Assembly: GCF_037042905.1 (NCBI RefSeq)
Contig: NC_087246.1
Coordinates: 53,134,001 to 53,198,000, forward strand
DNA length: 64,000 bases
DNA from: Lytechinus pictus
Taxonomy: Eukaryota
Direction of reading: 5' to 3'
Shown here piece after piece: positions 36,507 to 50,271 of the stretch; position 1 is the first letter of the stretch, and the number at the start of each line of letters is the position of its first letter. The notes below the pieces were generated by a model, which saw only the letters and a list, made by a program, of their open reading frames with translations, ran no database searches and was not told the origin of the DNA. Both the position numbers and the translations under genes were made by a program.

Positions 36507-36840
36507 TAATCATAAAGCACTTTTTCGAAACGTCGTAATGAGGGCACTGTGTGCTCTCCGTTATACAAGAAAAAATGTGCAGTCATCTAAATAATATAGA
36601 TTTGTAGATGAGTGGTACGTGACAACGGTTCAAAAGTTTGTCACGAAGTGTTTCGTCAGTAAAGGCACGTCATTCATTATAAGTGAACACTAGATTACCA
36701 AAAACAATAGAGAACATTTCCCAAGGTCAATTTTTTGGTGGACAAAACACGCACCCACATCTTATTTCATTTTTGCTTCTATAGATGTATATCGTTTATT
36801 TCTATTTCCACACATTTGTATGTCGGCTTGTGTTGTTCAT

Positions 36841-37265
36841 CCCGCGGTGGGGGGGGGGGGGCACTTCCATTGACGAGTGGATATCATGCGCATGCATGTG
36901 GTTTCGAAAAGCACCCTAAACAACTATTTTCCATGTTCTGAAAATGAGCAAGTATTGGCGTGTGAAACCCTGCCCTTAACAAGACTATTGGAAACACAAC
37001 GGTATCCTTGCAATGACTATATAAAGAAGTACAGCGATAGTTTATCATTTTTAGTCTTTTTTATACCCTTGTAAATTGGACCGTAATCATGTAGATTTCC
37101 TTGTGAAATATGTACTTTTTTCAGTATTTTTGACACCCGTATTACGTTACGTACGTAACATGCCCGATCTTTAAAAAGAGACCCTTTTTACGTGTTTTTT
37201 TTTGGGGGGGTAGGCATGATATCCTCTCGTGAATGGGAGTGTGCCCCCCCCCCCCCTCCCCCGGG
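36841..37265. mobile_element. MITE with CCCG-G(n)-CAC termini
   Basis: GCACTTCCATTGACGAGTGGATATCATG vs CATGATATCCTCTCGTGAATGGGAGTGTGC. Confidence 0.75.
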
Positions 37266-38391
37266 GGCGTTCATCGTCAGAGAAGTAGGCCTATATAAGC
37301 AGTAAAATATTGTAGGCTTAAATGTAGACATATAGATGTCGATTTCCTGTGATGATTTGGGGAGATGATTGGTGTCCGAGTCCCGACGAGGGAGCGAAGC
37401 GACCGAGTTGGGGAGGGACTTTTTAAGAAATTGACATGCGAAAATCGAATTTAAGAGCATACTGAAATCACTTTCTAGGCCATAATATTGTAGTCCACTT
37501 TCACTATTAAATTACCAAACATTACAACACACAATAGGCCTCATAATCAATATCAGCATTCTCTTTGTAGAAAAAATACAGCGAGATCTATAGTGGTGAT
37601 TGACGGAAAGTAGTTTTCTGTTTAACGTTTGCTCATTTTCCCTCTCCTTTCATTCGTTTTTTTTTAGTTTGGTATACACAGTATAATATTTCATTTTCTC
37701 ATCACCTCTCTCTTCTCTCGCACTTTCACAAGTTCTTATATACATCACATTTTCTTTAAACTCTGCTACGTACTATCTTGTGCATCCTTTCATCCACATC
37801 CATTAATATCTCCTTACTTTTGGATAGTATACTCTAAAATGACAATGATTAAAAATAAACCCATTACGGTTGTCAATAGTGACCAGTCGATATCATAATT
37901 TGAAATTAATCCTTAAGATTTTAATTCAAATCTTAAAGGTTGATTTTTTTAAATCAAAATTGATTAACATTTAAATCTTTAAGGATTAATTTTAAATCCT
38001 AACATCGACTGGTCACTCTTCATCCCCGTAATGAATTTATTTTTACAATTCCTTGTAATTTAGAGTGTATAATTTTTTAGTTGAAAAGTGATATAAATTG
38101 CATCGGCCATTATTGTCATCGCAAACTCTGCCATACTAGTACTTGATCTTGATCTCACTTCTAGTGAGCCAAGGGAAAAAATATGTTATCAAAAAATTAT
38201 GACGCTATAATATTCCCATCCTGTGTAACTTATGCTCAATTATTAAGAACATATAAAATGCATTTGTTGTTAAAACTATTTATCTTTTATGCAACATCGA
38301 AGTGAGAGAGGGCCTAAACATTTATGGCTCATGAAAATTCCCTATATCGGCAAGCTCACTTATCACATACAGATGAGTGCGTTAACTGTTT

Positions 38392-39196
38392 GGGGAAGGC
38401 GGGGTAAGTTGTGACACTTTGCTTTTTGCATGTTAGAATTGATATGATTAATAATCTTGTAGAAATAAGTACATTGCCTTAAAATTTAATACTTCTGAAA
38501 TATTTTTCACCTGTATATATAACTTTCTACCCCCACACTGAAAGTCATTGTCACCTTTGAAAAAACGATGTCAAATGGCTCAACTTGCCCCATCTGTGGG
38601 TTAAGTTGAGCCCCTTCTAGGGTAAGTTGAGTCACAAAAACTATTTACAGAATGTATGGGGAAGGACCAGCATGTCAATTTTTTTATTTAAAGTCTAATT
38701 CTCTATAAATACTTACATCTTCTAAAAGGAAAAAAAACAGTCACGTAAATTTGCTCCTTTCTGCCTGCATATCGATGGCTTTTTAAGTTTTTTTTTTAAT
38801 TTTTTATATGCATTACCATAAGAATTACCATGGCTCAACTTGCCCCAGTCCGAACTCAATGCGACAATTTTGCATCCACATTTTTTATGCATCCATCATG
38901 TAAAAGACTATGACATTTAGAATGAAGATCCATACCTGGACTAACAATGTTGTTCTTATGTCTTTATTATATCTAAAGACGTGTGTGTGTAGAAAGCACT
39001 TTTCTATTTCATACCTTTTTTTTATACTTTTTTGCCTGAAATTGGTTTTTTCCCTCTAAAAAGTACTTTTTGTTTCAAAGTTGAAAACAATGTGGTGGGG
39101 TTATGGGGTTATGCAATGGGTCATCAATACATGACATCAGCACAATTCATTCATTATCGGCCTGGGGCTGGTGGCTCAACTTGTCCTGCCTTCCCC
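38392..39196. mobile_element. Non-autonomous DNA transposon with subterminal GGCTCAACTTGCCCC repeats
   Basis: TIRs GGGGAAGGCGGGGTAAGTTG / CAACTTGTCCTGCCTTCCCC. Confidence 0.8.
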
Positions 39197-40071
39197 TATT
39201 CAAAACAGACTTGTCCACTTCAGAAAAAAAATACGATCAACTGATTTGGGGAACGAATATTGTTTTTCTTTCTTTTTTTCTTTTATTTCTGTGTTGTCAA
39301 TTTTTATTGATTTTATGTATTTCAATAAGTTTATCGATTTTTCTGAAGATATATACTGTTTTTTTTTCATGCTCTCGAAATAATGGGGGATGATACAGGC
39401 CATTCCCCACCTGAAATTTTGGGGGACATATCCCCCCCCCCCCGGGATCGACACACATGAGACGACATAGACAAAATAATTATGTAACAGATTGGCGATT
39501 GAGAGAAGAAAGTTATGGCTGATATAGATGATTTTGACTGTAAACTTCCCCAAATTCCCAATTTCTCGTGAAAGGCGATTTCCTTTTACCTTACTACATA
39601 GAAACATTCATCTTGAGAAGAGAAAATGTATAACTCGTTGTAAAACTTTTGAGAAATAACTTTTCAGTCATTTTGTGTATTGGTGCAAACGGACAAGTTA
39701 TCCTGACTACTGAATTTACATCACTTGGCCTATAATGCGGCCAATTTGATATTTTGTGTCACAATAAGAAATCCTGACTTTTGTTCTTGTTTTTTGATTT
39801 GGTTCAAACTTTCACATATTTGTTTGATTTGTCTCTTTCCATAAAAAATAATAATAGTTTTGGTTTTAATCCCCTTTTGAAAAAAATAGAACTCCGAAAT
39901 AATAGCCTACTATTTGACATGTACCGCGGAACTGTTTTGAAAGGGGGGCAGCTAGGCTGACCATGCCAAATATCACAATCTTTATGGTCATTTTTACGTC
40001 TTTGTACACGATTTTGTGGGGTTGAAAGCCAGCCCCCACCCCGGTTCCGTGGCCCCTGTATGTATTATAAA

Positions 40072-40398
40072 CGGGGGCGGATCCAGGATTTTCCGAAAGG
40101 GGGGGGGCACATTTTCCCGAGGAAATAAAAATTCGACGAGCAAAAAAAAAAACTTTTACAACATAAAATAAGGACATTTCGTCCACGAAAAAATTTGACA
40201 AGCAAAAAAAAAGGGTCTTCACTTCACTGCCAAAGGGGGATGGCACTTTTCAGTTTTAACGGCATTTTTATATTACAAGTTTTGATTTTGCCTCTCCTAT
40301 GGGGGGGGGGCACAGGCCGGCTTTGCCCCCCCCACTCACTAGCGTACCTACGGGGGGGGCAGGGGGGCACTGTGCCCCCCCTGACGAGATTTTGAAGA

Positions 40399-40434
<36 letters not shown>

Positions 40435-40583
40435 TGTCAAATTTTTTCTGGTACGAAAATCTTTATTTTGTATTTTGTATTGATGACCCCTTTTTTATTT
40501 TTTTTTATTTTTTTATTTTTTATTTTTTTTTTTTGCTTGTCAAATTTTTTCTGGTACGAAAATCTTTATTTTGTATTGATGAC

Positions 40584-40628
<45 letters not shown>

Positions 40629-40681
40629 TGTCAAATTTTTTCTGGTACGAAAATCTTTATTTTGTATTTTGTATTGATGAC

Positions 40682-40718
<37 letters not shown>

Positions 40719-40803
40719 TGTAAAATTTTTGGGCGGCCAATTTTGCCCCCCCTGTGAAAAATCCTAGGTACGCCACTGCCCCCCCCCCCCGGATCCGCCA
40801 GTG
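40072..40803. mobile_element. Nested GGCGGATCC-type and GCGTACCTA-type MITEs; the inner one (~40337-40778) has three poly-T-separated repeats
   Basis: Paired termini; TGCTTGTCAAATTTTTTCTGGTACGAAAATCTTTATTTTGTA three times. Confidence 0.75.
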
Positions 40804-41619
40804 AAGACGAATGACTGAGAAAAATAAAAGAGAAAGAGAGCTATATTGCGCGGATCAACAGGACAACAGATGGCAGTATGTAGGGGAAAAGGGGGAAACA
40901 TTGAGAGTTGAAGCATCGTGAGAATCACTACAATGTCTAAAGATTTTGTTTTTCCATAAACATTTACATCATTATAAAAAAACATAAAATCTTATAAAAA
41001 CAAGGAGCCTCAGACCTTTGAAATTGGAGTTATATAGACAGGAGAAGGACTCGAACATCGGGACAATGCTGTGAGGGGGGGTATACACCATTGCTAATTA
41101 TTGTTGGAATAATATTGTTATTGTTTCATGAACTGACCTATTGTAGAGTGATCTCCTGCCAATAAATGGTCTGCAAGCACAGACTAATATTTGACACTTT
41201 GACCAATAACAGGTCTATAGAGTGAAGACTAGACATAGAGATATATACTAATAACGCTTACATCTCTATGAGACTAGACTCCAAAGTACATAGTACATAT
41301 CTAGTCTCACCACTTCAGACTCTGCATTATGCACCTTGCGTATTGCGAAAGCCAAGGGTCTGTGCCTGAAGACTAGCCAATAAGTTTCTTCATTGTAGTC
41401 ATATGTTTTGGTGCGTGTGTGTGTGGGGGGGGGGGGGGGGTGAAAATTAACTGACAAAGATGTACTGGTTTCTAATCAGTTTTCAGTTTGTTCTCATTAA
41501 TCAGATTATCGGTATTATATAGGATCTGAATACACACTTCATTCGACTTATCTAATATATATATATACTGTATATATAAAAGTAAGTAAGTAAAGAAATT
41601 ATACATATATATATATAAT

Positions 41620-41894
41620 CAGAAGCGGATCTAGAGGGGGGGTTGGGGGGTTGCAACCCCCCCCCCCCAAAAAAAAAAAAAATCCGGGGACCATTTTTTT
41701 AAATCTTATCTTTTTTTTAAAACTTGTAATTTTATTTCACACAGATTTTCAAAAATTTTCCCTACTGTGGGAGGGGGGACACCCCCCTCCCACACCCTCC
41801 CCCCTCGCTCGCTCCGCTCGCTTGGACTCGGTCGCTACGCTCCCTTGCATACCACCCCAACCCCCCCCTTTATAAAAAGCTGGATCCGCCCCTG
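41620..41894. mobile_element. MITE with CAG..GCGGATC termini
   Basis: TIRs; ATAAT duplication. Confidence 0.8.
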
Positions 41895-42229
41895 ATAATA
41901 TCAAAAGAGTTCCGATTTGTTTGGTTAACCAAACCGTTCAAAGAATTCCATCATTCTTGTATAAATTCCATAGTAAACCCCCCCCCAAAAAAAAAAAATA
42001 ATAATAATAAAAAAAATCAAGAAACAAAAACTGAAACTAAAAAAAAAAAAACCGAGTGAATAATTCGTTAAATACTTTGACCTGCTGGGTTAATTTCATT
42101 CTTATAGATAAACACTCTTGATCAATTATATTATATATCTTTTGTATATTTTTTGATAAAAATGAGAGAATTGTATTTTTCGCAATGATATGACTTTTTT
42201 TTTACTAAATAAAGAAACAGTCATATACG

Positions 42230-42835
42230 TATACGTGCGCTCCGGTGTCGATTTTCAGATTTTCAGTAGTCTTTCGTGACTAGTTAGTCAAACGCTATTC
42301 AAAGTTCAAACGTAAAGAGCGACATCTTGCGGTTTCATCGGGTGAGTTTTCAAGCTCTCGGTACGTCTAGTCTTGGTATCATCTTGCATGCATGATTAAC
42401 AAGCTTGCACGGAATACTCTATACCGGTACTCCATCCGCTTGCTTGCTGTTTCTAGCGAGACCGATACAACACTTTCGTCCGAGTGCAGCCGCCTGTAGT
42501 AGATCTACGTACCGGTGTTATGTAGGCCTAGGCGAAATCAGCTCAATTAGCTTGTACATGTAGTTGTATTTGTAGCAGTACACAGTGTAAGTGTCACGTC
42601 AGTGGGTCGTTGATTGAGACAGACTTCTACTGAAGCTTGGAACTGTTTCCTCCTAAGAAACACAGGTCAGATGACAGAACGAGACTCGGCTCATTCCACA
42701 CAACATGTCAACATCACAAAAGACGGCATTTTATTTGTTAAACTTCAGCCTGCCGTCTTCTCACGACTGTGTTGCCAGAACAGAAGAACTTCATTCAACT
42801 TCAATCAAGTTCCAATTATTTGCCATTTGGTAAGT
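42230..42835 (+). promoter_or_regulatory. Probable CpG-rich promoter/first exon of a second, unidentified gene
   Basis: Unique CpG-rich sequence; consensus donor TG^GTAAGT at 42830 and another GTGAGT at ~42342. Downstream unique DNA looks CpG-poor. No recognisable protein. Confidence 0.4.
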
Positions 42836-43295
42836 TTACATGTAGGCCTACCGGTATTGTATCAATATCCATGATGATATCAGAATTTCTAATATCGATT
42901 CTTGTCTTTATTTCATAAAAATATATAAAAAGAACTAGATTTTGGCCTGAAACCAAAACAGGGAAAAACTAAAAGTAAAGTTAAGCAGTGATAAGAGGAA
43001 AAAAAACAGTGACTTACAATTTTACATGACTTAATTCAGCTGTCACGCAACTCCCACTTCCCTGGTTTATCCAAACTTAATAGGATGGGGGGTCGGGTGT
43101 CCGGACACTTTATATTTTTGAAGCCTTCTTTTTTGTCTTTGGATTACACTAAAAATATGAATAATCATCTTATTTTTTGTTCTCTATAATATTTCCTAAC
43201 CCTTTGTACTAAAAATTGATAAAACTTTGCTTGTAAATTTTTCCAAATGACTTTCTAAAATTGATCGTCCGGACACACAACAACTGGGTATACAT

Positions 43296-43798
43296 TAACC
43301 CAGGGAACTCCCGCCCGCGCAGCCCAGGAGCTTACCGTGTATTTGACCATACTCACGGGACTAGCGTGATTTATGGTCTAAATATTTCTCCTAATGAATT
43401 GTGAAAACAGAAATTATGCACTTACCACGATTATATGGATGAAAATTGAAGGTCTAATGAGTGGCAGTTTCCTGACAACGAAGCACAGACTGGAACTTCA
43501 AAAAAACGAAAAGTTCTCTCCTTCTACCCCAGTCTCGATCGGCCATTTTGTTACGATTCATAACAAAAATGGCCGATCAAGACCGTTTTTTGAAGTTCCA
43601 GTCTGTGCCTCGATGTCAGGAAACTGCCACTCGTTAGACCTTCATCCATATAATCGTGGTGAGTGCATAATTTCTGTTTTCACAATTCATTTGGAGAAAT
43701 ATTTAGACCATAAATCACGCTAGTCCCGTGAGTATGGTCAAATACACGGTAAGCCCCTGGGCTCCGGCCCGCTGCGCGGGCCGGAGCTCCCTGGGTTA
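43296..43798. mobile_element. ~500-bp near-perfect palindromic MITE
   Basis: TAACCCAGGGA...TCCCTGGGTTA; arms pair over ~230 bp. Confidence 0.88.
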
Positions 43799-43964
43799 CG
43801 TATACATAAACATAGATACATGGCGATTGAGTCCATGTAGTACTGTACAGATCAAGTTAGAACTTCGGTCTCTAATTGGTGAGTAGAGCCAAGGGAGTTC
43901 AGCGGAACAACCAATATTACTAATAGTCCTCATACACCGATTCGCGTTTGGCCCAGGGCCGGTC

Positions 43965-44128
43965 AGGGGGCCGATTCATAAAGCTGTTTGTAAGTGAAGA
44001 ACGACTGGTGATCCTTTCTTACGCGCTGAACCATCTCCAATGAATATACCATTTACCACAAGAAAGGATCACCGGTCCTTCTTAAACTCACTCTTAACTT
44101 ACGAACAGCTTTATGAAACACCCACCTG
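43965..44128. mobile_element. MITE
   Basis: TTCATAAAGCTGTT.GTAAGT / ACTTACGAACAGCTTTATGAA inverted ends. Confidence 0.75.
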
Positions 44129-44238
44129 GATTTCTATTCTAGTCGGCAAACATCGCTTCATTACTCTTACAGAAGTAATATTTGCCGAAACTCCTCGCTA
44201 CTCACCGGGGCTCTTTCCGTTGAGTAGCCATACAACCA

Positions 44239-45183
44239 TTTTTGTCTCACCTGCATAGCAGAGTGAGACTATAGGCGCCGCTTTTCCGACGGCGGCGGCG
44301 GCGGCGGCGTCAACACCAAATCTTAACCTGAGGTTAAGTTTTTGAAATGACAGCATAACTTAGAAAGTATATGGAACTTGGCCATAAGGTTAATCAAGTA
44401 TTACTGAACATCCTGCCTGAGTTTCATGTCACATGACCAAGGTCAAAGGTCATTTAGGGTCAATGAACTTAGACCATGTTGGGGGAATCAACATCAAAAT
44501 CTTAACCTAAGGTTAAGTTTTTGAAATGTCATCATAACTTAGAAAATATATGGACCTAGTTCATGAAACTTATACATAAGGTTAATCAAGTATCACTGAA
44601 CATCCTGCATGAGTTTCACGTCACATGACCAAGGTCAAAGGTCATTTAGGGTCAATGAACTTTGGCCGAATTGGGGGTATCTGTTGAATTACCATCATAA
44701 CTTTGAAAATTTATGGATCTGATTCATGAAACTTGGACATAATAGTAATCAAGTATTACTGAACATCCTGTGCAAGTTTCAGGTCACATGATCAAGGTCA
44801 AAGGTCATTTAGGGTCAATGAACTTTGGCCAAATTGGGGTATTTGTTGAATTACAGCCATAAATTTGAAAGTGTGTTGGTCTAGTTCATAAAACTTGGAC
44901 ATAATAGTAATCAAGTATCACTGAACATCCTGTGCGAGTTTCAGGTCACATGATCAAGGTCAAAGGTCATGTAAGGTCAAAGAACTTTGGCCACGTTGGG
45001 GGTATTTGTTGAATTGCCATCATATCTCTATAAGTGTATTGGTCTAGTTCATAAAACGTGGAAATAAGAGTAACCAAGTATCACTGAACATCTTGTGCGA
45101 GTTATAGTAGTTTTCAAAATCAGCACTGCTGCTATATTGAATCGCGTGATGCAGGTGAGACGGCCAGAGGCATTCCACTTGTT
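44239..45183 (+). mobile_element. Helentron/DINE-1-like non-autonomous rolling-circle element with an internal minisatellite
   Basis: T-run insertion site, subTIR GTCTCACCTGCA ... TGCAGGTGAGAC, 5' short inverted repeat GTCTCAC/GTGAGAC, (GGC)n microsatellite, ~160-190-bp tandem units containing AAGGTCAAAGGTCA. Confidence 0.75.
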
Positions 45184-47125
45184 TAAAAAATACATTACAT
45201 AAAAGAGAAAATTTGCTTTCCTCGGCCTTGTCTTGTCTTTCTGTCAATGCCCACAATCATTATATTGATTATTATGGCATATGAACTTCAAGATTGACTT
45301 GACCTGAATTTTGCCAGGACCAGCAGGTGCAATACACCGGGTGAACACCCTACTCTTTGACGAATAGTGTATTGGTTTTAAACATGCATAGGTTGTGACT
45401 CTCCTATACATGGGACCAACATTTGCGTCCTTTCATATGGACAGAGTGTTTTCAAACTGCATTCACACCTGCACTGACTGGTGAAGCACGCTAACACACA
45501 ATGCTATAGGCATAGCATCAGATTTTTGTTAGACGTTTTGTTAGGCCTGGAAAGTGACTTTGCATGTCTGTTCTACGGAAATAAAAGGAAGCCCGATGGT
45601 GGCGCTAATAAAATTCACAGCCTTGATTCAGCTCCTCGGTAATTTTACCTGTTTCTAAATTCTTTGAATGTGCAATTATTATTACTTGATTAAATATGGG
45701 CACCAATAAATGAAATACCTTCAAAACATTATTGACGATGATTACACTTTTCTGCAAATAATTTAAAACAATTACTAATTTAAAAGTAAATAGAAAAAAT
45801 ATATGTACCTTGAACGAAACCAGCAGTATAATCATTGTCTATAATTTAATAACAATTTGGTTTTATGATCATTCTTCATGATCATTATTGTGAAATTGGG
45901 AGCCAGCTCCCACTTTCCACCGGACACTTCTCCATGTCTATCAATCATGACAAGTCAACCAAATTTGTTCAGCCACCATTAAAATACCAGATGAGACTAT
46001 TAAGTAAATATTCTTCTTCTTCTTCTTCTGGAAACGATACAGACCACTGTCTAATGAATTGTCATACTGGTGAAGTGCAGTGTGCAAGGATTGCTTTAAT
46101 AGGCCTACAGATTGCAAGTAGAGTCTTAAAATAAACACCATTCTTGTTTTTATTGTCAATTTCAAAATAAACAATTTAAATGGAAGAAATGCTAAAATTA
46201 TTGATTTTACAACTGAAATACTTATCATTGATACTAGGTCTGCTACATGTTATCTATCTTTAGCAATGAAAGGCGGGATTCAAACTACATTATGTCAGGT
46301 GATGGTTTGTGTACACACTTCACTACCGCTACACTAGGGCCCTCTACACTACATAAACCATCAAGGCTTATCCATAGAAATGGCCACTTTGATTCACAAA
46401 GGTGATTGGGGGGGGGGCTAGAACTATAACTGATTAAAAAACATGACCTTACCAAGAATCTGTAACATGTAATATAGCCTTAGCCCTTAGGACACTGTTC
46501 ACTCCTTTTCCTTGCTTCCATCAGTCTCAAAATCAGTAATTTAAAGCCCACACCTAATATCTTCGGACATTTTAAATTCACTGAGATCATTTAGAGTGTT
46601 TGGGCGATTTATTCACCTTGATAAATGCGCATGTTGGTAATGCCCAAGTTTGACATTGTAATGTCAATAAAAAGAACAGCATGCTAATTTTGGTGATAAG
46701 TATCAGTGAATGTCGGGATATTTTGCTCTTTAAAAAAAAATCTCTGAAAATATTCAATCACTTTCAAGATAAGTGCCTAAATTGCCATTTTCAAAGAAAA
46801 TTTAAAACATCTTGGAGTTGGAGAAAACGCACAGGATGTAAAATATCATATTCATATTTTCACCAAGAATCAACAGTTAAACAGATTAAATGGCCACTAT
46901 ATGCAACTACACTTAAAAAAGGTCTAGACAGAAATTTGATAATTTCTGATATTAATGTCAAGCGAAGTCCAAACAGACTATTAGATCTTTAGTTTACTCT
47001 TTACCATGGATTTCAACAGAATTTGAACAGGATAATGAATTCTAACAAATCTGAGTGGGTTGGGTGTACATATTTTTTTGCTATTGTTCCTTTGTATGTA
47101 AGTGTCCTGTTTGAATGTTTTCTAT

Positions 47126-47528
47126 TTAAAGCTAAATTACAGTAGTTGCAGTAAAACACTAATTTCGTGAGAAAGTCTGTAAAACCAAGGTTAAGTATGA
47201 CTATATCATCGTGGATCTAGATCTGGTACAGTTACATAAACTGAACTTTGTGAAATCTTAAAATCTAAGCTGAAATACGATCACACTGAAGATCGCCAAC
47301 ACAGATAGGCACACGTGGGACAGTGTATTATTATTGCTGGAATAAAGACCCGACGGAAGTGACCGAATCCGCGCTTATTTTGCTTATTTCTCAGCAATTA
47401 CACAATTTCTTCCAGAATCCTTTGGCACATATTTTTTATTCATACAAACAGACACTTGGGTGGTCATTATATTAGATTCTGTAAAAAGTCATTTTGAGAT
47501 CGTTACCAGAACTGGAATTTACCTTTAA
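47126..47528. mobile_element. TTAA-flanked (Kolobok-like) MITE
   Basis: TTAAAGCTAAATTACAGT / ACTGGAATTTACCTTTAA. Confidence 0.65.
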
Positions 47529-48649
47529 AGCAAATGAAACTCTGCATTGTACATCAACATTTGTTTAATTTACCAAATTTCAATATTCTAAAAATCTGTT
47601 TTAATTCAATAAATAAATGTTTGTGAGCAGGTTTTATGGTGTTGATTATTACATACATGTACTTTTTACTTTGTTTCAATCTGAAGTTTTCCTTATAGCG
47701 ATAATTCACTGAAAGTAAGACTGGTGCAAGAAAATCCTCTCAATCCATCAAATCAGAAGGTGACTCTTTCAGATCAATATATTGTCCTCGCTCTGTTTAT
47801 TTTCGTGTGAAGTGAAATCCATATGATGTCAGAGATGACATCATCCTTCATACTCTCTCTCTCAAAGTTGGATTGACGAGCACCAATCAAATGCCCTTGA
47901 AAATGGGTCTTCGCTCTGTATTTGGCAATGCAACAAGATTTCACATAATTTCTAGTTAGTATTTTGGTATTCTACCATGTTTGAGCATGCTTTATTGTAT
48001 GAGGGAACTCTGTTTTTTTTTACTTGCATTAGTGTCATACTTGATGTCATGTGATACATTATTATATTTTTTGCTCTGTTTCCTCGGGGTGTTTCAGAAA
48101 ATGTTGATAATAAAGTTTTGAAGGATTTTACTTTACAAGTGGCTGGACTATGTACTGCCAAAGTATGAACCCAATAATATTCTCCCCCCTTTTTGTCAAA
48201 TTGTAGCAATAGCATTGAACTTTAATACAAAACATGGGCCAGTAAATGCTAGTCAGCATCCAGTGTAAGTAACATACAGGTTAGTAACATGTTGGCCGAT
48301 TTAGAACTGCAGTTGGCTTACGATATTCTGGGGACCAGTAAGGTCATTCATAACTTCATACTGTCAATTCCTCTTGATGATCAAAATTACCTTGATGTAG
48401 TAGGAATCTTACAGGGTTACTGTACCTACCCCCCCCCACCCAAAAAAGATTAATTGAAAAAAATCAGTAAGAAAATATCAAACTAAATACAGTAAGCAAG
48501 TAAACTGTAAAAATGAACTAATAAATGAATTTCTTGAATAGATAAGTTAGTAAGTAAGTAAATAAATATAAATGAATTTGTAAATAAATTATCCTGTCAT
48601 AAAATATACATGAAAAAAATATTTTGCACTTCTTCGTTATCAGAGATAC

Positions 48650-48822
48650 TGGGGAGCATTTCATGAAAGGACTTGTCGGACGTTTTATCCGACAAGTCCC
48701 ACTTTATCCGACAGTTACCAAAGTAACAGTGCTTCTTAGCCAATCAGAATCAAGGAAAGATGTCCGATCTGGCAACTTGTCGGATGAAAATGTTGATGAA
48801 AGTCATGAAACCTCTCCCCAGA
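48650..48822. mobile_element. MITE
   Basis: GGGGAGCATTTCATGAAA / TCATGAAACCTCTCCCC; same family as 25610-26030. Confidence 0.75.
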
Positions 48823-49756
48823 ATAGAGATTGAAATGAACAGTTTTCATGTTCATTTCTACTCCATTGAAATAATCAAGATGGGCATTTATCATAGATGA
48901 ATTTCACGAGCATGTGGGTGAAGTTAATTACTCCATGAGTCACGGTCATGAAGTCGATGATAGAGCACCTACCGTAAGCTAACAAGTGTGTAGATGAAGA
49001 TGCATGCTACTGAGTGGCAATAATCAGAATGTAGGAGATCTACATGTACGGTAGATTAGCGCAAGCATTTGGAGCTGGGCTCTCTGAATTTTGAAAATTA
49101 CCAGTGGCGATAAACAAATTACGAATAGTGCACTGCTGAAAAATTGATAATTTCTCATTTTAGTAATTAAACTGTATTATTGTATGGAAGCCTTTATAGG
49201 TAAGCTTAGATATGGTGATATCTCTCCATATTTTGTCTATTTCTTACCCAGTTTTCATTAAACTTCTATTTTCGTGGTAATTCTGATTCCAGAGAATTTT
49301 TTGCCATTGGTGCATGTTTCATGAACTCCAATTACGGCTGGTGCTTTATCTGCCAAAACTCATAACGGATGGTGTTAGCATCAACCGTGTTCCACAGTGA
49401 AGAGGGCCCTGCTTTGAGCACGTTTATTTTCAGTGCATGCCGAAGGTAAAGCGTGTCTTTTTTTCCCGATTGTTACAGAGGGGTGTCAAGACCTTATAAT
49501 AATTTATATTTAGGTTTTGTAGAATGTGTACACTACAATTGTAGAGCTCTATAGATGTTATGCTACACTACAGTCACAAATACCTTTACGAACACCATAC
49601 CAACGATTTCCAATTATTGCTATGTATAAAAATTGTTCATACAGCATTCGTAGAGGTACTTATGACTGTAGCAAATACCAGGCAATGTTTTACCCCAGTC
49701 CTAATTCTCTTTTCGTCCAAAAAATAACAAAGCCACAATGCTACACCAAATGGTAT

Positions 49757-50271
49757 ACAAATAGCGAATAGGCATGAGTGCGATGGTGCAAGATTTCGCA
49801 TGAGGTGAAAGAAAGATGCTCTATTCAACGAGGCGTTAGCCGAGTTGAATAGAGTGTTTCTTTCTTTCACCGAATGCGAAATCTCGCACCATTGCACGAA
49901 TAAGAATATTCGCTATTTGTGTTGTACAACGCCTCAGAGTTTAGCGAATTTATGAAAAAAACAAAGAGTTTTTCCTGCAGTAATCTATGAAAAGGGAGCA
50001 AAAATATGGAAAGCGAAAAGCAAAATCCCACAAGCGAACACCTCGGGCAGCATTGCGCATTTAGCCAGCAGGCTATACGCGTATTGCACCTGCATTTTTA
50101 CTGATCAGCGCAATGAATTGGATCGTATTGTGACGTCACCTCCTAAAGCCGTGCAACGGTACATTTTGGACGGTACATTTTGGATGGTACGTCTTTTGTG
50201 CAACGGTAAGAATGTTTGACATTCAGCCTCCCATTTGCTCGCGTACAACAAGCTAAGTAGGCGTTGTACAA
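49757..50271. mobile_element. Non-autonomous element with a 160-nt hairpin and a second inverted pair
   Basis: 49757-49920 hairpin with loop CGAGGCGTTAGCCGAG; TTGTACAACGCCT (49922) / AGGCGTTGTACAA (50259). Confidence 0.55.

Noticed and set aside
42614-42874. Coding first exon of the second gene
   Set aside because: An ATG at 42671 is open to the donor, but the peptide is unrecognisable; it cannot be supported as CDS
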